From the human T2T-CHM13v2.0 reference genome, Homo sapiens, in assembly GCF_009914755.1 (NCBI RefSeq), contig NC_060930.1: a DNA stretch of 64,000 nucleotides; one strand, 5' to 3'. Positions 1-16,989 of the stretch are shown piece by piece. A program made the position numbers and the translations under genes. Numbering within the stretch: the first letter of the stretch is position 1; each line of letters begins with the position of its first letter. The notes beneath the pieces were generated by a model. It saw nothing but the letters and a program-made list of their open reading frames with translations, was not told where the DNA came from and ran no database searches.

Positions 1-456
1 ATCATTTGGGGAAAATAGACTTACTTTAATCCTTCTTCAGAATGGATTCCCACAGATAAGGTTTTCATCTGGACTTATTTTTACTGAGTGAAAGTGCCAT
101 TTTCAAGAAACCCCCAAAGCTTTATATTTTAGAATAAGTGAGGCCCATCTATGGGAAAAGAAAGCCACAGAAGACACTGAAAAACCACATGACCCGGTGT
201 TAAATCAAGAAAAGCGTCTGGTAGGCATGGGAAAGCCTGTTTAAGCTTCGAGGTCACTTTCTGCATCTCAGCTCCTGTTTATTTTCTGGACCTTGGTCAG
301 CGTCTTCTTGACAGTGTAATTTCTGCAATGCAGCTGGACTTTGTGACCCATAATCAAACCCAGAAAGCCTTCAGCAATCCCATCTGGGTGAGGGGCTCCA
401 TTTTGTTTGGTTGAAATGAAAAAGTTAAACCTCCATCCAGACATGCCTCTTTGCAG

Positions 457-615
457 GCCCAATGACTCTTCCACCAGCAGGACACTTCGTCTTTGAATAG
501 GCTTCTCATTTTCCAGACAAGCTCAGGGGATCTGCATCCTCCAGTAAAATTTCTGTCTGCACAAAATTGCCTTTTAGTGGTGATTTATAACTCAATAAAA
601 TGACATCTCAAAAAG
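457..615 (+). other. Candidate 3'-terminal exon of an unidentified transcript
   Basis: Acceptor-like cctctttgcag| ending at 456, AATAAA at 594-599, GT/T-rich tract downstream; stops in all three frames within ~50 nt. Confidence 0.3.
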
Positions 616-837
616 GAGAATTGGTTTGAGTCTATAACTGATGTGATTTATGCATGTTTTAGTTTTGGAATACACAGAATTTATGCAATGGAGAGAGGTC
701 TCTGTGATGTGATGTGCAGATGTACATCCACAGAACTCATGACAAGGAGGGAGGTGCAAATGTCCTCAGGCATCCTCTAAGCACAGACCTCCCTGGGTTC
801 TAATACAAAGAATATTCTTACTGAGCTCAGCCTCAAG

Positions 838-1016
838 CAGAGGGCTTCATGATTTTCTGGGTATCAGAAACATCCATGGAACTTGCTAAAATTATACATT
901 CCTGGGCTCCACCCTAGAACCCATGAACTAGATTCATTAAGAATGGGGTGGGGTCCAGGGATCTGTAGTTTAACAATCTCTACAGGTGGTTCCAGTCACA
1001 TACTTGAGAAACCACT
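838..1016. mobile_element. MER5A/B-like hAT-Charlie MITE
   Basis: cctgggctccaccctaga...ggggtggggtccagggatctgtagtttaacaa...ttgagaaaccact resembles MER5 consensus. Confidence 0.65.
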
Positions 1017-1094
1017 CCAAGTTGAGAAACACTTGTAGTTTGTAATCATTCACTGCCAATGAACTATTTGCTGTAAAAAGGGGAAGGGAACAAA

Positions 1095-1318
1095 TGCTTT
1101 TTAAATGCCTTCTTTGTGTCAAGCATTGTTGCTAGACAATCTAAGTCTATGTTTTTTTTTTTGTTTAAATCTTGCAACAGTCCAATAAGATGGGTATTAT
1201 TATATTCATTTTGCACAGGAGAAATTGGAGGTTCAGAGAGGTTAAGAAATATTAGCAAACAGCAAGATAGAGATTTGAACCCAGACCTTTCTGGCGCCAC
1301 AGTGCACTTTTCCACTAA
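1095..1318 (-). mobile_element. MIR SINE
   Basis: Reverse MIR core: attttgcacaggagaaattggaggttcagagaggttaag...gatttgaacccag. Confidence 0.75.
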
Positions 1319-2235
1319 CCCATGTTAGCAGCCCAGGATTGGGCCAAATATTTTCGAGTTTTTAATATGTTACCCTTAGATCTACTGAGAGACATTGTGA
1401 GAAATTTCTTTGTTTTCTATCCCCCCCTCTCAGCTTTATCGAAGCATATTTGACAAATAAAAATTGTATATAGTTACAGTGTACAACATGATGCTTTGAT
1501 ATACATATACATTGTGAAATAATTACCACAACCAAGCTAATTGAAATATCTGTCACCTCACACCATGACCGTCTATGTGTGTGTGTGTGCGTGTTGAGAA
1601 TATTTAAGATCTACTGTGGTAGCAAGTTTCAAGTATATATTAAATACAGTATTTTTAACCATGTCACCATGTTATTTATTAGATTCCCAAAACTTGTTCA
1701 TCTTGTAACTGAAAATGTGTACTCTTTGACCAACATCTTTCCAATCCTCCCAGTCCCCCAACCCCTGGTAAGCACAGTTCTACTTTCTGCTTCTATGAGT
1801 CTGTCTTTTTTAGATGCCATATATAAAGTGAGATCATGTAGTATTTGTCTTTCTGTGCCTGGCTTATTTCACTCAGCATAATGTCCTCCAGGTTCATCCA
1901 CATTGTCACAAATGACAGGACTTCCTTCTTCTTCAAGGCTGAATAGAATTCCATTGTGTAAGTGTGTGTGTGTGTGTGTATGTGTGTATGTGTGTGTGTG
2001 TATCACATTTTCTTTATCTGCTCATGTATTAGTAGAATCAACACTTAGGTTGATTCTATATCCTGGCTATTGTGAATAATGTTGTAATGAACATGGAGGT
2101 GCATAGAACTCTTTGAGGTACTGATTTCATTTCCTTTGGATATATACCCAGAAGTGGAGTTACTGCTACATATGATAATTGTATTTTTAAATTTTGAGGA
2201 ACCTGCATGCTGTGTTCCATAACGACTATACCAGC

Positions 2236-2620
2236 TAATATGGTTTGGCTCTATGTCTCTACCCAAATCTCATGTTGAATTGTGATCTTCAGTGTTGGGG
2301 GAGGGGTCTGGTGGGAAATGTTGGATCATGGGGGTGGATTTCCCTTTTGCTGTTCTCGTGATAGTGAGTAAGTTCTCATGAGATCTGGTTGTTTGAGAGT
2401 GTGTAGCACTTCCCCCTTTGCTCTCTCCCTCTCCTGTTCCAGCCATATAGGATGTGCTGGCTTCCCTTTTGTCTTCTGCCATGATTCTAAGTTTCCTGAG
2501 GCCTCTGCAGCCATGTTTCCTGTACCGCCTGCAGAACTGTGAGCCCATCAAACCTCTTTTCTTTATAAATTACCCAGTCTTAGGTAGTTCTTTATAGCAA
2601 TGTAAGAACGAACTAATATA
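2236..2620 (+). mobile_element. MSTA-type MaLR solo LTR
   Basis: Starts taatatggtttggctctatgtc, ends gaactaatata; contains tttataaattacccagtc. Confidence 0.85.
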
Positions 2621-2761
2621 TCAGTTTACATTCCTACCAACAGTATACGTGGGTTCGCTTTTCCCATATCCTCACAACACTTATTAGTGTTTTTGATGAT
2701 AGCCAACTGGGGTAAGATGATATCTCATTATGGTTTTGATCTGTATATCCCTGATGATTAG

Positions 2762-3126
2762 TGATACGGTTTGGCTGTGTCCCCACCCAAACCTCATCTT
2801 GAATTGTATCTCCCATAATTCCCACATGTTGTGAGAGGAATCTGGTGGGAGGTAATTGAATCATGGGGACGGGTCTTTCCCGTGCTGTTCTTATGGCAGT
2901 GAGTAAGTCTCACAAGATCTGATGGTTTTGTAAAGGGCAGTTCCACTACACAAGCTCTCTTGCCTGCTGCCATGAAAGACGTGCCTTTGCTCCTCCTTTG
3001 CCTTCTGCATTGACTGTGAGGCCTCCCCGGCCATGTGGAATGGTGAGTCCATTAAACCTCTTTTTCTATATAAATTACCCAGTCTTGGGTAGGTCTTTAT
3101 TAGCAGTGTGAGAACAGACTAATACA
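2762..3126 (+). mobile_element. THE1 (THE1B-like) MaLR solo LTR
   Basis: tgatacggtttggctgtgtccccacccaa...gactaataca; perfect 5-bp TSD ATTAG at 2757-2761 and 3127-3131. Confidence 0.92.
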
Positions 3127-3396
3127 ATTAGTGATATTGCACACCTTTGTATGTACCTCTTGGCCATTTGTATGTCTTCTTTTGACAAATGTCTTTTCAG
3201 GTTCTCTGCCCATTTATTTAGCCAGATTATGTTTTATTGTTATTATTGTATGAGTGCGTTTTATTTTTCTGACTGTTAACCCATTATCAGATGGATGGTT
3301 TGCAAATATTTTCTCCCATTCTGTAGGGTGCGAGATATTTCTTAAGAAGATAATGGTAAGTCCTTCCACTCACTTGAGGAAAGTAAATTTCAGATT

Positions 3397-3808
3397 TGTA
3401 GTGGACACTGGGGTCCATGACCTGACACCCCACTTCAGGCTTAGTCAATCATTCTGTCAGCTATGGAAGGGTTGGCACCTAGCAGCTTGCTTCAGAGTCC
3501 CCTCTTGAGATTGTCCCCAGCTGAGGCACAGCACACCTCCTCCCTCGGGTGGCCTGTTTACAGTGACTGTCTAGGAAGGGGCATAAACTTCCAACTACCT
3601 TGCCTCAGTTCAGACAACATGGAAGGACATCCCAGCTTTGGAGGGCCTCTGTGACTTGCTGGGGTCTTTATCCTGATTTCAGCTTCCTCCTCTGCCTAAT
3701 CCTGCTTCCTCTCTTGCCTTGACAGTTTCCCAGGAGCACTCTCCACAAACTTCCAGCATGCCAATCTCCATCTCAAAATTTGCTTCTCTGGGAATGCAAC
3801 CTGTGGTG
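3397..3808 (+). mobile_element. LTR16-like ERVL solo LTR
   Basis: tgtagtggac start; 3' end aatctccatctcaaaatttgcttctctgggaatgcaacc resembles LTR16. Confidence 0.6.
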
Positions 3809-3856
3809 TTGCTCAATCAAACTGTTCCTGTAGACACATTACACCCACGTTAGGTG

Positions 3857-4236
3857 TGTGATGGACTGAATTGTGACCCCCACCCCAAATTCATGTTGAA
3901 ACTTTAACACCAAGGAACTCCAAATGTGACTGTGTTTAGAGATAGGGTCTTCACAGAAGTAATTAAGTTAAAATGAGGTCACATGGGTGGGCCCTAATCC
4001 AATATGACAGGAGTCCTTATAAGAAGAGGAGATGAGGACACAGCCACCCACAGAGGGAAGACCACACAGGGAGAAGATGAAGGTCTACAAGTCAAGGAGA
4101 GAGGCTTCAGGAGAAATCAACCCTGCAGACACCTTATCTTGGACTTCCAGCCTCCAGAACTGTGAGAGAATAAATTTCTGTTGTTTAAGCCCCCACTCTG
4201 TGATACCTTGTCATGGCAGCCCAAGCAGATACAATA
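3857..4236 (+). mobile_element. MLT1A-type MaLR solo LTR
   Basis: tgtgatggactgaattgtg...gggccctaatccaatatgac...ccagaactgtgagagaataaatttctgttgtttaagcc. Confidence 0.85.
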
Positions 4237-4562
4237 GGCGGATTTAGAGGTTCTTCGTTTTGATCCTGATTCTTTCACTTTTATACTTAAGGAACAACTC
4301 AGAAATCTGAACAGGTTAAATTCTCTTTTAAGTATAATGAAGCAGGATGGTAATTCTCACTACATAGTGTTTTCATATTCCCTACAATAGGTCAGGATAA
4401 TCATGTTTTTAGAGAGGTGATAAAGAATATGCATTACCTCTCTTCATCACATCTCTCTGTTTACAGCATTTACTACAAACCTGAGGCAGATGTAAATACA
4501 CGGTGTGGATAAGTACCTTGGAACTGCAGTGAACTTGCATTTAGTGGGAAAGAATGGCAAAA

Positions 4563-4690
4563 TTTCCTTCCTTCCTTTCTTTCTTCCTTCCTTCCTTCCT
4601 TTCCTTCCTTCCTTTCCTTTCCTTTCCTTTCCTTTCCCTTCCTTCCTTCCTTCCTTCCTTCCTTCCTTCCTTCCTTTCTTTTCTTTCTTT
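4563..4690. repeat. (CCTT)n/(CTTT)n polypyrimidine microsatellite at an Alu tail
   Basis: Read directly; 10 consecutive CCTT at 4637-4676. Confidence 0.95.
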
Positions 4691-4981
<291 letters not shown>

Positions 4982-5649
4982 GATTTGGCTTTTTTTCTTT
5001 AGATAAACTATAACATGCCATGCCTGGCTGCAGGCTTCCTGCCCTAATGCAAAGGTGAAAAAGCTTTGCAGTTTAATTTGTTTTGTTTTTTTTTTTTTTT
5101 GGTTTTCATTTTTTTCTGAGCCAGCCCCTTTATTCTTTATTGTCTTCAGTGGAGCAATGGTAAATGTTTAACTACCAGCTCTTTGAAAATGAAATAAAAC
5201 AGAACCATCCTGGGAAAAGAATGCTGCAGGGTGCCAGCCTCTCTGCAGCCAGGGACAGCTCTCCAGGTGTGAGGAGACCTCTCCGCCTTCCTCCTCACAC
5301 TGATATTAGTGCAGTTCCCTCAGGGCTTGCTTTTATTTGCTGAGGCTTCTTGTAAGGGGTTTACTTTTAAGAGTATTTATGAGTTTAGCACAGGCTTCCC
5401 CAGTGAATTTTTCTGTCCATGCCTTCACTCATGGTGTCTTCATTGTCACCTCTGGAACCAGAAAAATCACAGCTTAAGGAAGTTCAGGTGAGTGACCAAG
5501 TCTAGCCCCATCCAGATTCCCAAGGCTCATTCTCCCACCAGGCCTTTCATTATGCTCTGTGTCTCTCATCTTCTCCCTTCAATGATTTCTTTTAGCTGCA
5601 CTGACTTGACTTTTTATGTGCTATAAAACTCAGGAAGCTTCTTTTGAGG

Positions 5650-5850
5650 GCTTAGTACGTGCCAAACACAATTCTAAGCAACATGCATGTTTAATCATCA
5701 CAAACCCTTTGAGGTCGGTACTATTCTCATTCTCATATTGTAGATGAAGAAACTGAGGCACAAAGAGGGTTAATAACTTGTTCAAGGCCCTATTACTCAA
5801 TAGAGGCAAGACTGGGATTCAAACTAGGCAGTATGGCTTCTAGTCCGTAT
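5650..5850 (-). mobile_element. MIR SINE interrupted by an Alu
   Basis: tagatgaagaaactgaggcacaaagagggttaataacttg. Confidence 0.8.
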
Positions 5851-6160
5851 TTTTTTTTCTTTTCTTTTTTTTTTTTTGGAGACAGAGTCTCGCTTTGTCG
5901 CCTAGGTTGGAGTGCAGTGGTGCAATCACAGCTCACTGCAACCTCTGCCTCTGGGGTTCAAGCAATTCTCATGCCTCAGCCTTCTGAATAGCTGTTACTA
6001 TAGGTGCGCACCACTACACCCAGCTAATTTTTCTATTTTTAGTAGAGATGGGGTTTCACTCTGTTGGTCAGGCTGCTCTCGAACTCCTGACCTCAACTTA
6101 TCTGCCCGCCTTGACCTCCCAAAGTGCTGGGATTACAGGCATGAGCCACTGCACCCAGCC
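5851..6160 (-). mobile_element. Alu (S/J)
   Basis: Antisense Alu; TSD tagtccgtatttt / cagtccatatttt. Confidence 0.93.
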
Positions 6161-7112
6161 CCAGTCCATATTTTTAACCAGCATCCTACCTGAAAAAGAG
6201 CAGTAGGAATATATGTATGCGTAGTGTGAAGTGATGTGTGTGTGTGAGTGTGTGTATCTGTGTGTATGAAAAGTTAAAATAAAGTTTAATAATGGGGGAA
6301 AAAATCACCCAGAAGTCATGAAATTAAAGACCTCAAAGGCCCTTTTGACTCAACATAGATAATTCTAAAGCAAATTAAAAAATTGAGGTGGTGAAATTAT
6401 ATGGTTTTTAGGTTTAGAATTCCAAAAGTTGAGAATCAGCATGTATTGGAAATACCATAGAACTAATGTTAATTGCAGAGTTACAGCTGGAATGAAATAC
6501 TGACTTGCTTCAGGGAATGTTTTATCTCCCTGTATCTCTCTGTTTTTGTCTCAGTTTAGTAATGTTGGCTGAGTAGGTATAAAAAATGAGAAGAGAGACA
6601 TTTTTTGTTTCACTATTCATAGAGAAATTGGTATTTATATTGAATGGATTGAGAATTCACAAATAAATATAGTTTGTTCCAGTTTGGATTACTAATTTGG
6701 TTTGGTGGAAGCCTCTGAAGTATCCAGTTCTGTGACAGACTTTTGCCATAGAATCTAGTACTAGCGAGGATTGTTAAGAGGTCATTACCTTGACCTTAAA
6801 ACATCACAGTAAGCGGGCTATTGTCCAAGATGGACGAATAGGAACAGCTCCAGTCTGCAGCTCCCAGCAAGATTGATGCAGAAGATGGGTGATTTCTGCA
6901 TTTCCAACTGAGGCACCTGATTCATCTCACTGGGACCGGTTGGACAGTGGATGCAGCCCATGGAGGGTGAGCTGAAGCAGGGTGGGGCATTGCCTCATCA
7001 GGGAAATGCAAGGGGTTGGGGTATTTCCCTTTCCTAGCCAAGGGAAGCCATGACAGACTGTACCTGGAGAAACAGTACACTCCTGACCAAATACTGTGCT
7101 TTTCCCACAGTC

Positions 7113-7253
7113 TTAGCAACCAGCAGACAAGAAGATACCCTCCTGTGCCGGCTCAGTGGGTCCCACGCCCACAGAGCCTTGCTCACTGCTAGCGCTGCAG
7201 TCTGAGATCGACCTGCAACGCTGCAGCTTGAGGGGGGGAGGGGCATCTGCCAT
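7113..7253 (-). pseudogene. L1 ORF0 homologue, truncated by a frameshift
   Basis: Manual translation MADAPPPLKLQRCRSISDCSASSEQGSVGVGPTEPAQEGIFLSAGC* resembles the N-terminus of primate L1 ORF0. Confidence 0.7.
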
Positions 7254-7847
7254 TGCTGAGGCTTGAGTAAACAAAGTGTCACAGTGAAAACAAAGAGGCC
7301 AGGAAGTACAAACTGGGCAGAGCCCACCACAGCTCAGTAAGGCCTACTACTTCTACAGATTCCACCTCTGGGGTCAGGGCATAGGAGAACAAAAGGCAGC
7401 AGACAGCTTCTGCAGACTTAAACGTCCCTGTCTGACAACTCTGAAGAGAGCAGCGGTTCTCTCAGCATGGCATTTGAGCTCCAAGAACGGACAGACTGCC
7501 TCCTCAAGTGGGTCCTTGACCCCTGTGTAGCCTGACTGGGAAACACTTCCCAGTAGGGGCCAACAGACACCTCAAACAGGTGAGTGCCCCCCTGGGACGA
7601 AGCTTCCAGAGGAAGGATCAGGCAGCAATATTTGCTGTTCTGCAGCCTCCGCTGGTGATACCCAGGCAAACAGGGTCTGGATTAGACCTCCAGCAAACTC
7701 CAACAGACCTGAAGCTGAGGGGTCTGTAAGAAGGAAAACTAACAAACGGAAAGGAATAGCATCAACATCAACAAAAAGGACATCCACACCGAAACTCCAT
7801 CTGTAGGTCACCAATGTCAAAGTCCAAAGGTAGATAAAACCACAAAG

Positions 7848-8878
7848 ATGGGGAGAAACCAGAGCAGAAAAGCTGAAAATTCCAAAAAAACAGAGTGCCT
7901 CTTCTCCTCCAAAGGATTGCAGCCCCTCACCAGCAAAGGAACAAAACGGGACAGAGAATGAGTTTGATGAGTTGACAGAAGTTGGCTTCAGAAGGTCTGT
8001 GATAACAAACTTCTCTGAGCTAAAGGAGCATGTTCTAACCCATTGCAAGGAAGCTAAAAACCTTGAAAAAAGATTAGATGAATGGCTAACTAGAATAAAC
8101 AGTGTAGAGAAGACCTTAAATGACCTGATGGAGCTGAAAACCACGGCATGAGAACTTCATGACTCATGCACAAGATTCAATAGCCTATTCGATCAAGTGG
8201 AAGAAAGGATATCAGTGATTGAAGATCAAATTAATGAAATAAAGCAAGAAGAGAAGTTTAGAGAAAAAAAGAGTAAAAGGAAATGAACAAAGCCTCCAGG
8301 AAATATAAGACTATAAGAAAAGACCAAATCTACGTTTGATTGGTGTACCTGAAAGTGACGGGAAGAATGGAATCAAGTTGGAAAACACTCTTCAGGATAT
8401 TATCCTGGAAAACTTCCTCAACCTAGCAAGGCAGGCCAACATTCAAATTCAGGAAATACAGAGAACACCACAAAGATACTCCTCAAGAAGAGTAACCCCA
8501 AGACACATAATTGTCAGATTCACCAAGGTTGAAATGAAAGAAAAAATGTTAAGGGCAGCCAGAGAGAAAGGTCGGGTTACCCACAAAGGGAAGCCCATCA
8601 GACTAACAGCGGATCTGTTGGCAGAAACCCTACAAGCCAGAAGAGAGTGGGGGCCAATATTCAACATTCTTAAAGAAAAGAATTTTCAACCCAGAATCTC
8701 ATATCCAGCCAAACTAAGCTTCATAAGTGAAGGAGAAATAAAATCCTTTATAGACAAGCAAATGCTGAGAGATTTTGTCACTACCAGGCCTGCCTTATAA
8801 GAAGAGCTCCTGAAGGAAGCACTAAGCATGGAAAGGAATAACTGGTACTAGCCACTGCAAAAACATGCCAAATTGTAA
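7848..8878 (+). pseudogene. L1 ORF1p remnant (disrupted)
   Basis: ATG gggagaaacc at 7848; ORF 8336-8800 has RRVTPRHIIVRF, ARREW, YPAKLSF; stops and frameshifts. Confidence 0.9.
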
Positions 8879-8941
8879 AGACCATTGATGCTATGAAGAA
8901 ACTGCATCAATTAACAGGCAAAATAATGAGCTAACATCAAA

Positions 8942-12704
<3,763 letters not shown>

Positions 12705-13189
12705 ACAATGAGAACACATGGACACAGGGTGGGGAACCTCACACACCGGGGCCTGTCAGTGGGTGGGGGCCTGGGGGAGATATAGCATTAGGAGAAATAC
12801 CTAATGTAAATGATGAATTGATGGGTGCAGCAAACCCACATGGCACATGTATACCTATGTAACAAACCTGCACGTTTTGCACATGTACCCTAGAACTTAA
12901 AATATAATTAAAAAAACCCACAGTGATATGACAATCAAACTTGTTTTTAATGCCTTCCAGGGAAATCCTTTTGTTACTTATCAAATTATTTAAAGAAAGC
13001 ATTTCTTATTATATTTACCTTGGAACGTTTGCCCAGAAAGGAGATTGGGCTGTTCTTGGCTTGATACGGTGCCCAGAGCTTTTTTATTTGTGTGCAGTTG
13101 ATGGTTGATTCTCTGAGATACAGAAAACAGTTGATCGATCTCAATAGATAAGGGAATTTACCTTTTTTCATTTTGAGCATGAGTTACTC

Positions 13190-13370
13190 TATGTGCATTT
13201 TCTCATTTCATCCTCTGAACAATCTTCCTGTCACCATTTTATAAACACAGAAACAGAGATTCAAAAGGGTCAGGTCACTGGCTCCAGGTCAACTCTACTA
13301 CTAAACAGAAAAGCAAGGACCAAAATTCAGATCTTTGTGACCCTCAATGCCACTATGCCATGCGATGATG
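13190..13370 (-). mobile_element. MIR SINE (degenerate)
   Basis: ccattttataaacacagaaacagagattcaaaagggtcaggtcactggctcc. Confidence 0.6.
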
Positions 13371-13944
13371 CCTGCCTCTTTTAGAGGCCAACTAATAGGT
13401 AAAATTACATATCATTTCTTCTACTGAATTTTCATAAAACCTTTAGGAAGCCTTGGTTAGATAGAAAAATTGATTATTTTCATCCTACACTCTACTCCAG
13501 GCCAACTTGATTTTCTTGAGGAATGGCCGAATGGAAGTTGAATGGTTGAAGGTGACTGGCAAACAGAGAAACAAGGCACCAAGAACTGGCTATTTCCAAA
13601 CGTGGGCAATCAGCTTCTGAATGAATAGTTCAGTGAGTGTAACTTCCAGGCTTGCTCGGGCACCATTATGTTAAGTGGAATAATCTATCTGCATCCCAGA
13701 AGACTGCTTCCCCAGAGATTTCTGGATGGAATAGGATGCCCTGTGGGCATCAGTGCATCCATGTAAAAAATTCACCTAACAGCAAAATCTGGCAGTCTAA
13801 ACTTAACAGTATTTTCCCCAAATGTTAGTTGCAGGCCCGTATGACAAAAAAACATGATTTGTATTATTATTGCAGAGAATTTAGGCTGAGCAAACTGGAA
13901 AAAGGGGAATCACAAATTGTCTGTTTTTTTCTATCAGTACTCAC

Positions 13945-14108
13945 CCTTGTCCACATTTTGCCCCAAGGAATGATGCAGCTCTGGATGTTGGAAAGGACAA
14001 TTCCGGCGTTTTACTCTTCTGACCAGTTTCTTCGTTTTCATAACTCTACTTGAAGAACATATGATGTTTGCCAGTGTCTGACATTACGGACCTCACAGCT
14101 TACTGAAT
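13945..14108 (-). other. Candidate internal exon (164 nt), non-coding or 5'UTR/start exon
   Basis: Acceptor ctttccatctctatctcctgttttcag| and donor AAGG|gtgagt on - strand; stops in all three through-reading frames. Confidence 0.45.
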
Positions 14109-14239
14109 CTGAAAACAGGAGATAGAGATGGAAAGGTTGGTAAGATCTGAAAAAAATTGAGATGCTTTTCATCATTTAAGGGTTGCATCATAGCAGCTGG
14201 AAAAGCCAAATCCATAGTCTTGTGAATGGAATCCATCAT

Positions 14240-14500
14240 CCATTCATTCATGCAATCAAAGAAAGCATTTATGGGGTTCTTACTATGCTTTAGTTGGAAC
14301 TTCAAAGACACATAAAATATAGTCCTGTCCTCAAGGATCCCACAGTCTCACTGAACAAACAAAAATACAGCACAATAAAATGTTACATCATTTCGGGTCA
14401 AATGTGCAGTGGGTCTGGTGAGGGCACAAAGGAAGGTCAATCTTGGGTGGAGTCTTGAGAGATGGGTAGACGTTTGCCAGATGTTTTGTATGGATAGTAG
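14240..14500 (-). mobile_element. L2 3' fragment
   Basis: cattcattcatgcaatcaaagaaagcatttat...gtcctgtcctcaagga. Confidence 0.55.
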
Positions 14501-16188
14501 AGGTGAGAGTGAAATTTCCTTGCCTATAACCTACAGTTTTAGTCTTGTCATTGATTTCATTGATTGTTTTCTACTCTCCCATCCCTGAGGCCCCACCATC
14601 CCCCTTTATACCAACTTAATATGTTACCACTTTTATCATTTTGAAGCCACAAGATGTGCCTGACTCTACCTCTTACCAGCAGCTTGTGAAGGTCACTGGA
14701 GCCATATGCTTTTCTTGTTTCCAGAAAAGGAGAAAAACTAGTGTTTTGGAAATGTGGCTTTTAAATAGCTTAGATGCAAAGCCCAGAATTTGATTTTTTG
14801 GGAAAAACATGGACTGGGCTTTCGGTGAGTTAGTACTGGCCAATTTTTCACTCTCTTTCAATATCTTGCAGCTGTAAGGCTGTTTTGAGATGGTGTGTGT
14901 GTATGTATGTGTATGTATTTGTAGGCTATAGTTGGGGTATATATCCTTAGAAAAACCCTGATATTTAAACCACACGGGGCACGTGAATATCTTTTTGAGA
15001 ATTGGTAATGTGAATCTTTGTAAAAGGACAGTGTTTTCCTATCAAGAATAAGTAAGAGGTTGTTTTAAAAGGGGAAGCAGAAAAATAAGAAGAGTGTCTG
15101 GCACATAATAGAAGCTCAGCAAAAAAATTAATGAACCTATGCAGCTGCCCTTAGGAGGAAGAGAAGTCCTCCTAGAACTCCTTTCCAAACAGGATAATTG
15201 GGAGTTGGTCTCCTTTCACTTCTACCAGGATGGGAACAGCCTCCTGTAATTTCAGTTTGATAAACGCAGTATTTATAGTCTTGGCTAAGAGGGGGGAAAA
15301 AGGAATTTTCCTCTGAGGCACTTGCAGTGGCTAGGCAAGGGGACACAGGCCCATGACTCATTTGCTCTGCCTGAACCCATGTGTGGTTACCCCAGTGTCT
15401 TGGCCCCACACAGGATGGAGAAACAAAAGGGAGATTTACTGCGTTTCCAGCGCCCTGTCTGTCTATTGCTTCTTTAGGTACTCACACCTTGAGGCATTTT
15501 AACTGCCCAAGGTGTCTGTGCTTATAAGACAACCTCTCAGAGCTGATTTGTCTATGGGGATACCATAAACTACAGTACCAGAAATTATATATATATATAT
15601 ACACACACACATGTCATTAATTCTTTACTGGGAAATATAACACACATATAGAAAACTGTATAAAATAAATGTATAGCTTAATAAATTGTTATAAATTTAA
15701 CTGCCACCCAGGTCAAGACATAGAGTACTGCCAGGACTCCAGAAGCTTTCCAAGAGCCCTTTCCAGTGCAACCCCTCTCTTTCCCATTAAGGTGGTACTA
15801 CCCTTACCCCATGCACCGGGGTCTCTGTGTTGGGCCTTGTGCTTTTGGGCTTCTGGCTGTCCTCCAGCCATGAACTTTCTCAAGGGGAAAGAGGTCTGTG
15901 GGGCCAAGAGACCATGCCCACCCGAGATCCATGTCTCCCTTTCTAGACCCCGTGCCAAGGACCAGGACATTGGGACTTCCTGTTCAGACGATTCCAAACC
16001 TACTTCCTGGTCTTTGTGGGCTCTTCCTTAAGTCCTTATTCCTGACGGGGGGCCTGGAAGCAGATATTCGTAAAAGGCCATGGGTGAAGGTAGACTTGAG
16101 GGCTCAAGAGTGATACATATGAGCACCAAGGCCCTTGGGTTATGGGATGGAGCAGGGCTGGGGCATAAGGGTAGATGGCTGGGTCTAG

Positions 16189-16621
<433 letters not shown>

Positions 16622-16989
16622 GGGACATCTTTTATTTAACAGCTTGTTAGTTTAATTTATAATTTTACAATATTTAGACCCATAATATGCAGTTCTCCAT
16701 CTGTACTTCTACCTTAAGCCCCACAAAAAATTGTTTTTTGTCATGCTCCAAGGAATCCTGATAATTTATTATTTGGGAGAATATCAGGCATTGATCCTTT
16801 GTTTTAAACTCATGATAAGAATCAGATAATATACATTTTGAAGTGATGTCAAAGGAAAAGAATAATTCCATATGATATATATTGCAGATTTTTATTTGTA
16901 TATAAGCAAAGCAGCGTCTAAAGTATACTTATGTGTCCTCAATTACTGAATGTGCCAGTTGTCTGTTAACGGTGGGCCTGCCTACAGGT

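Larger units (their letters stand above)
1431..3330 (-). mobile_element. Old L1 (L1MA-type) 3' portion, split by two MaLR LTRs
   Basis: Antisense L1 3'UTR/ORF2-end motifs (cttatttcactcagcataatgtcctccaggttcatcca; gatatatacccagaagtgg) resume after each LTR. Confidence 0.85.

Noticed and set aside
268-474. 68-aa - strand ORF at the window start
   Set aside because: Non-ATG start and no recognisable homology
7572-8144. 190-aa - strand ORF
   Set aside because: Antisense of the L1 5'UTR/ORF1; a common L1 artefact
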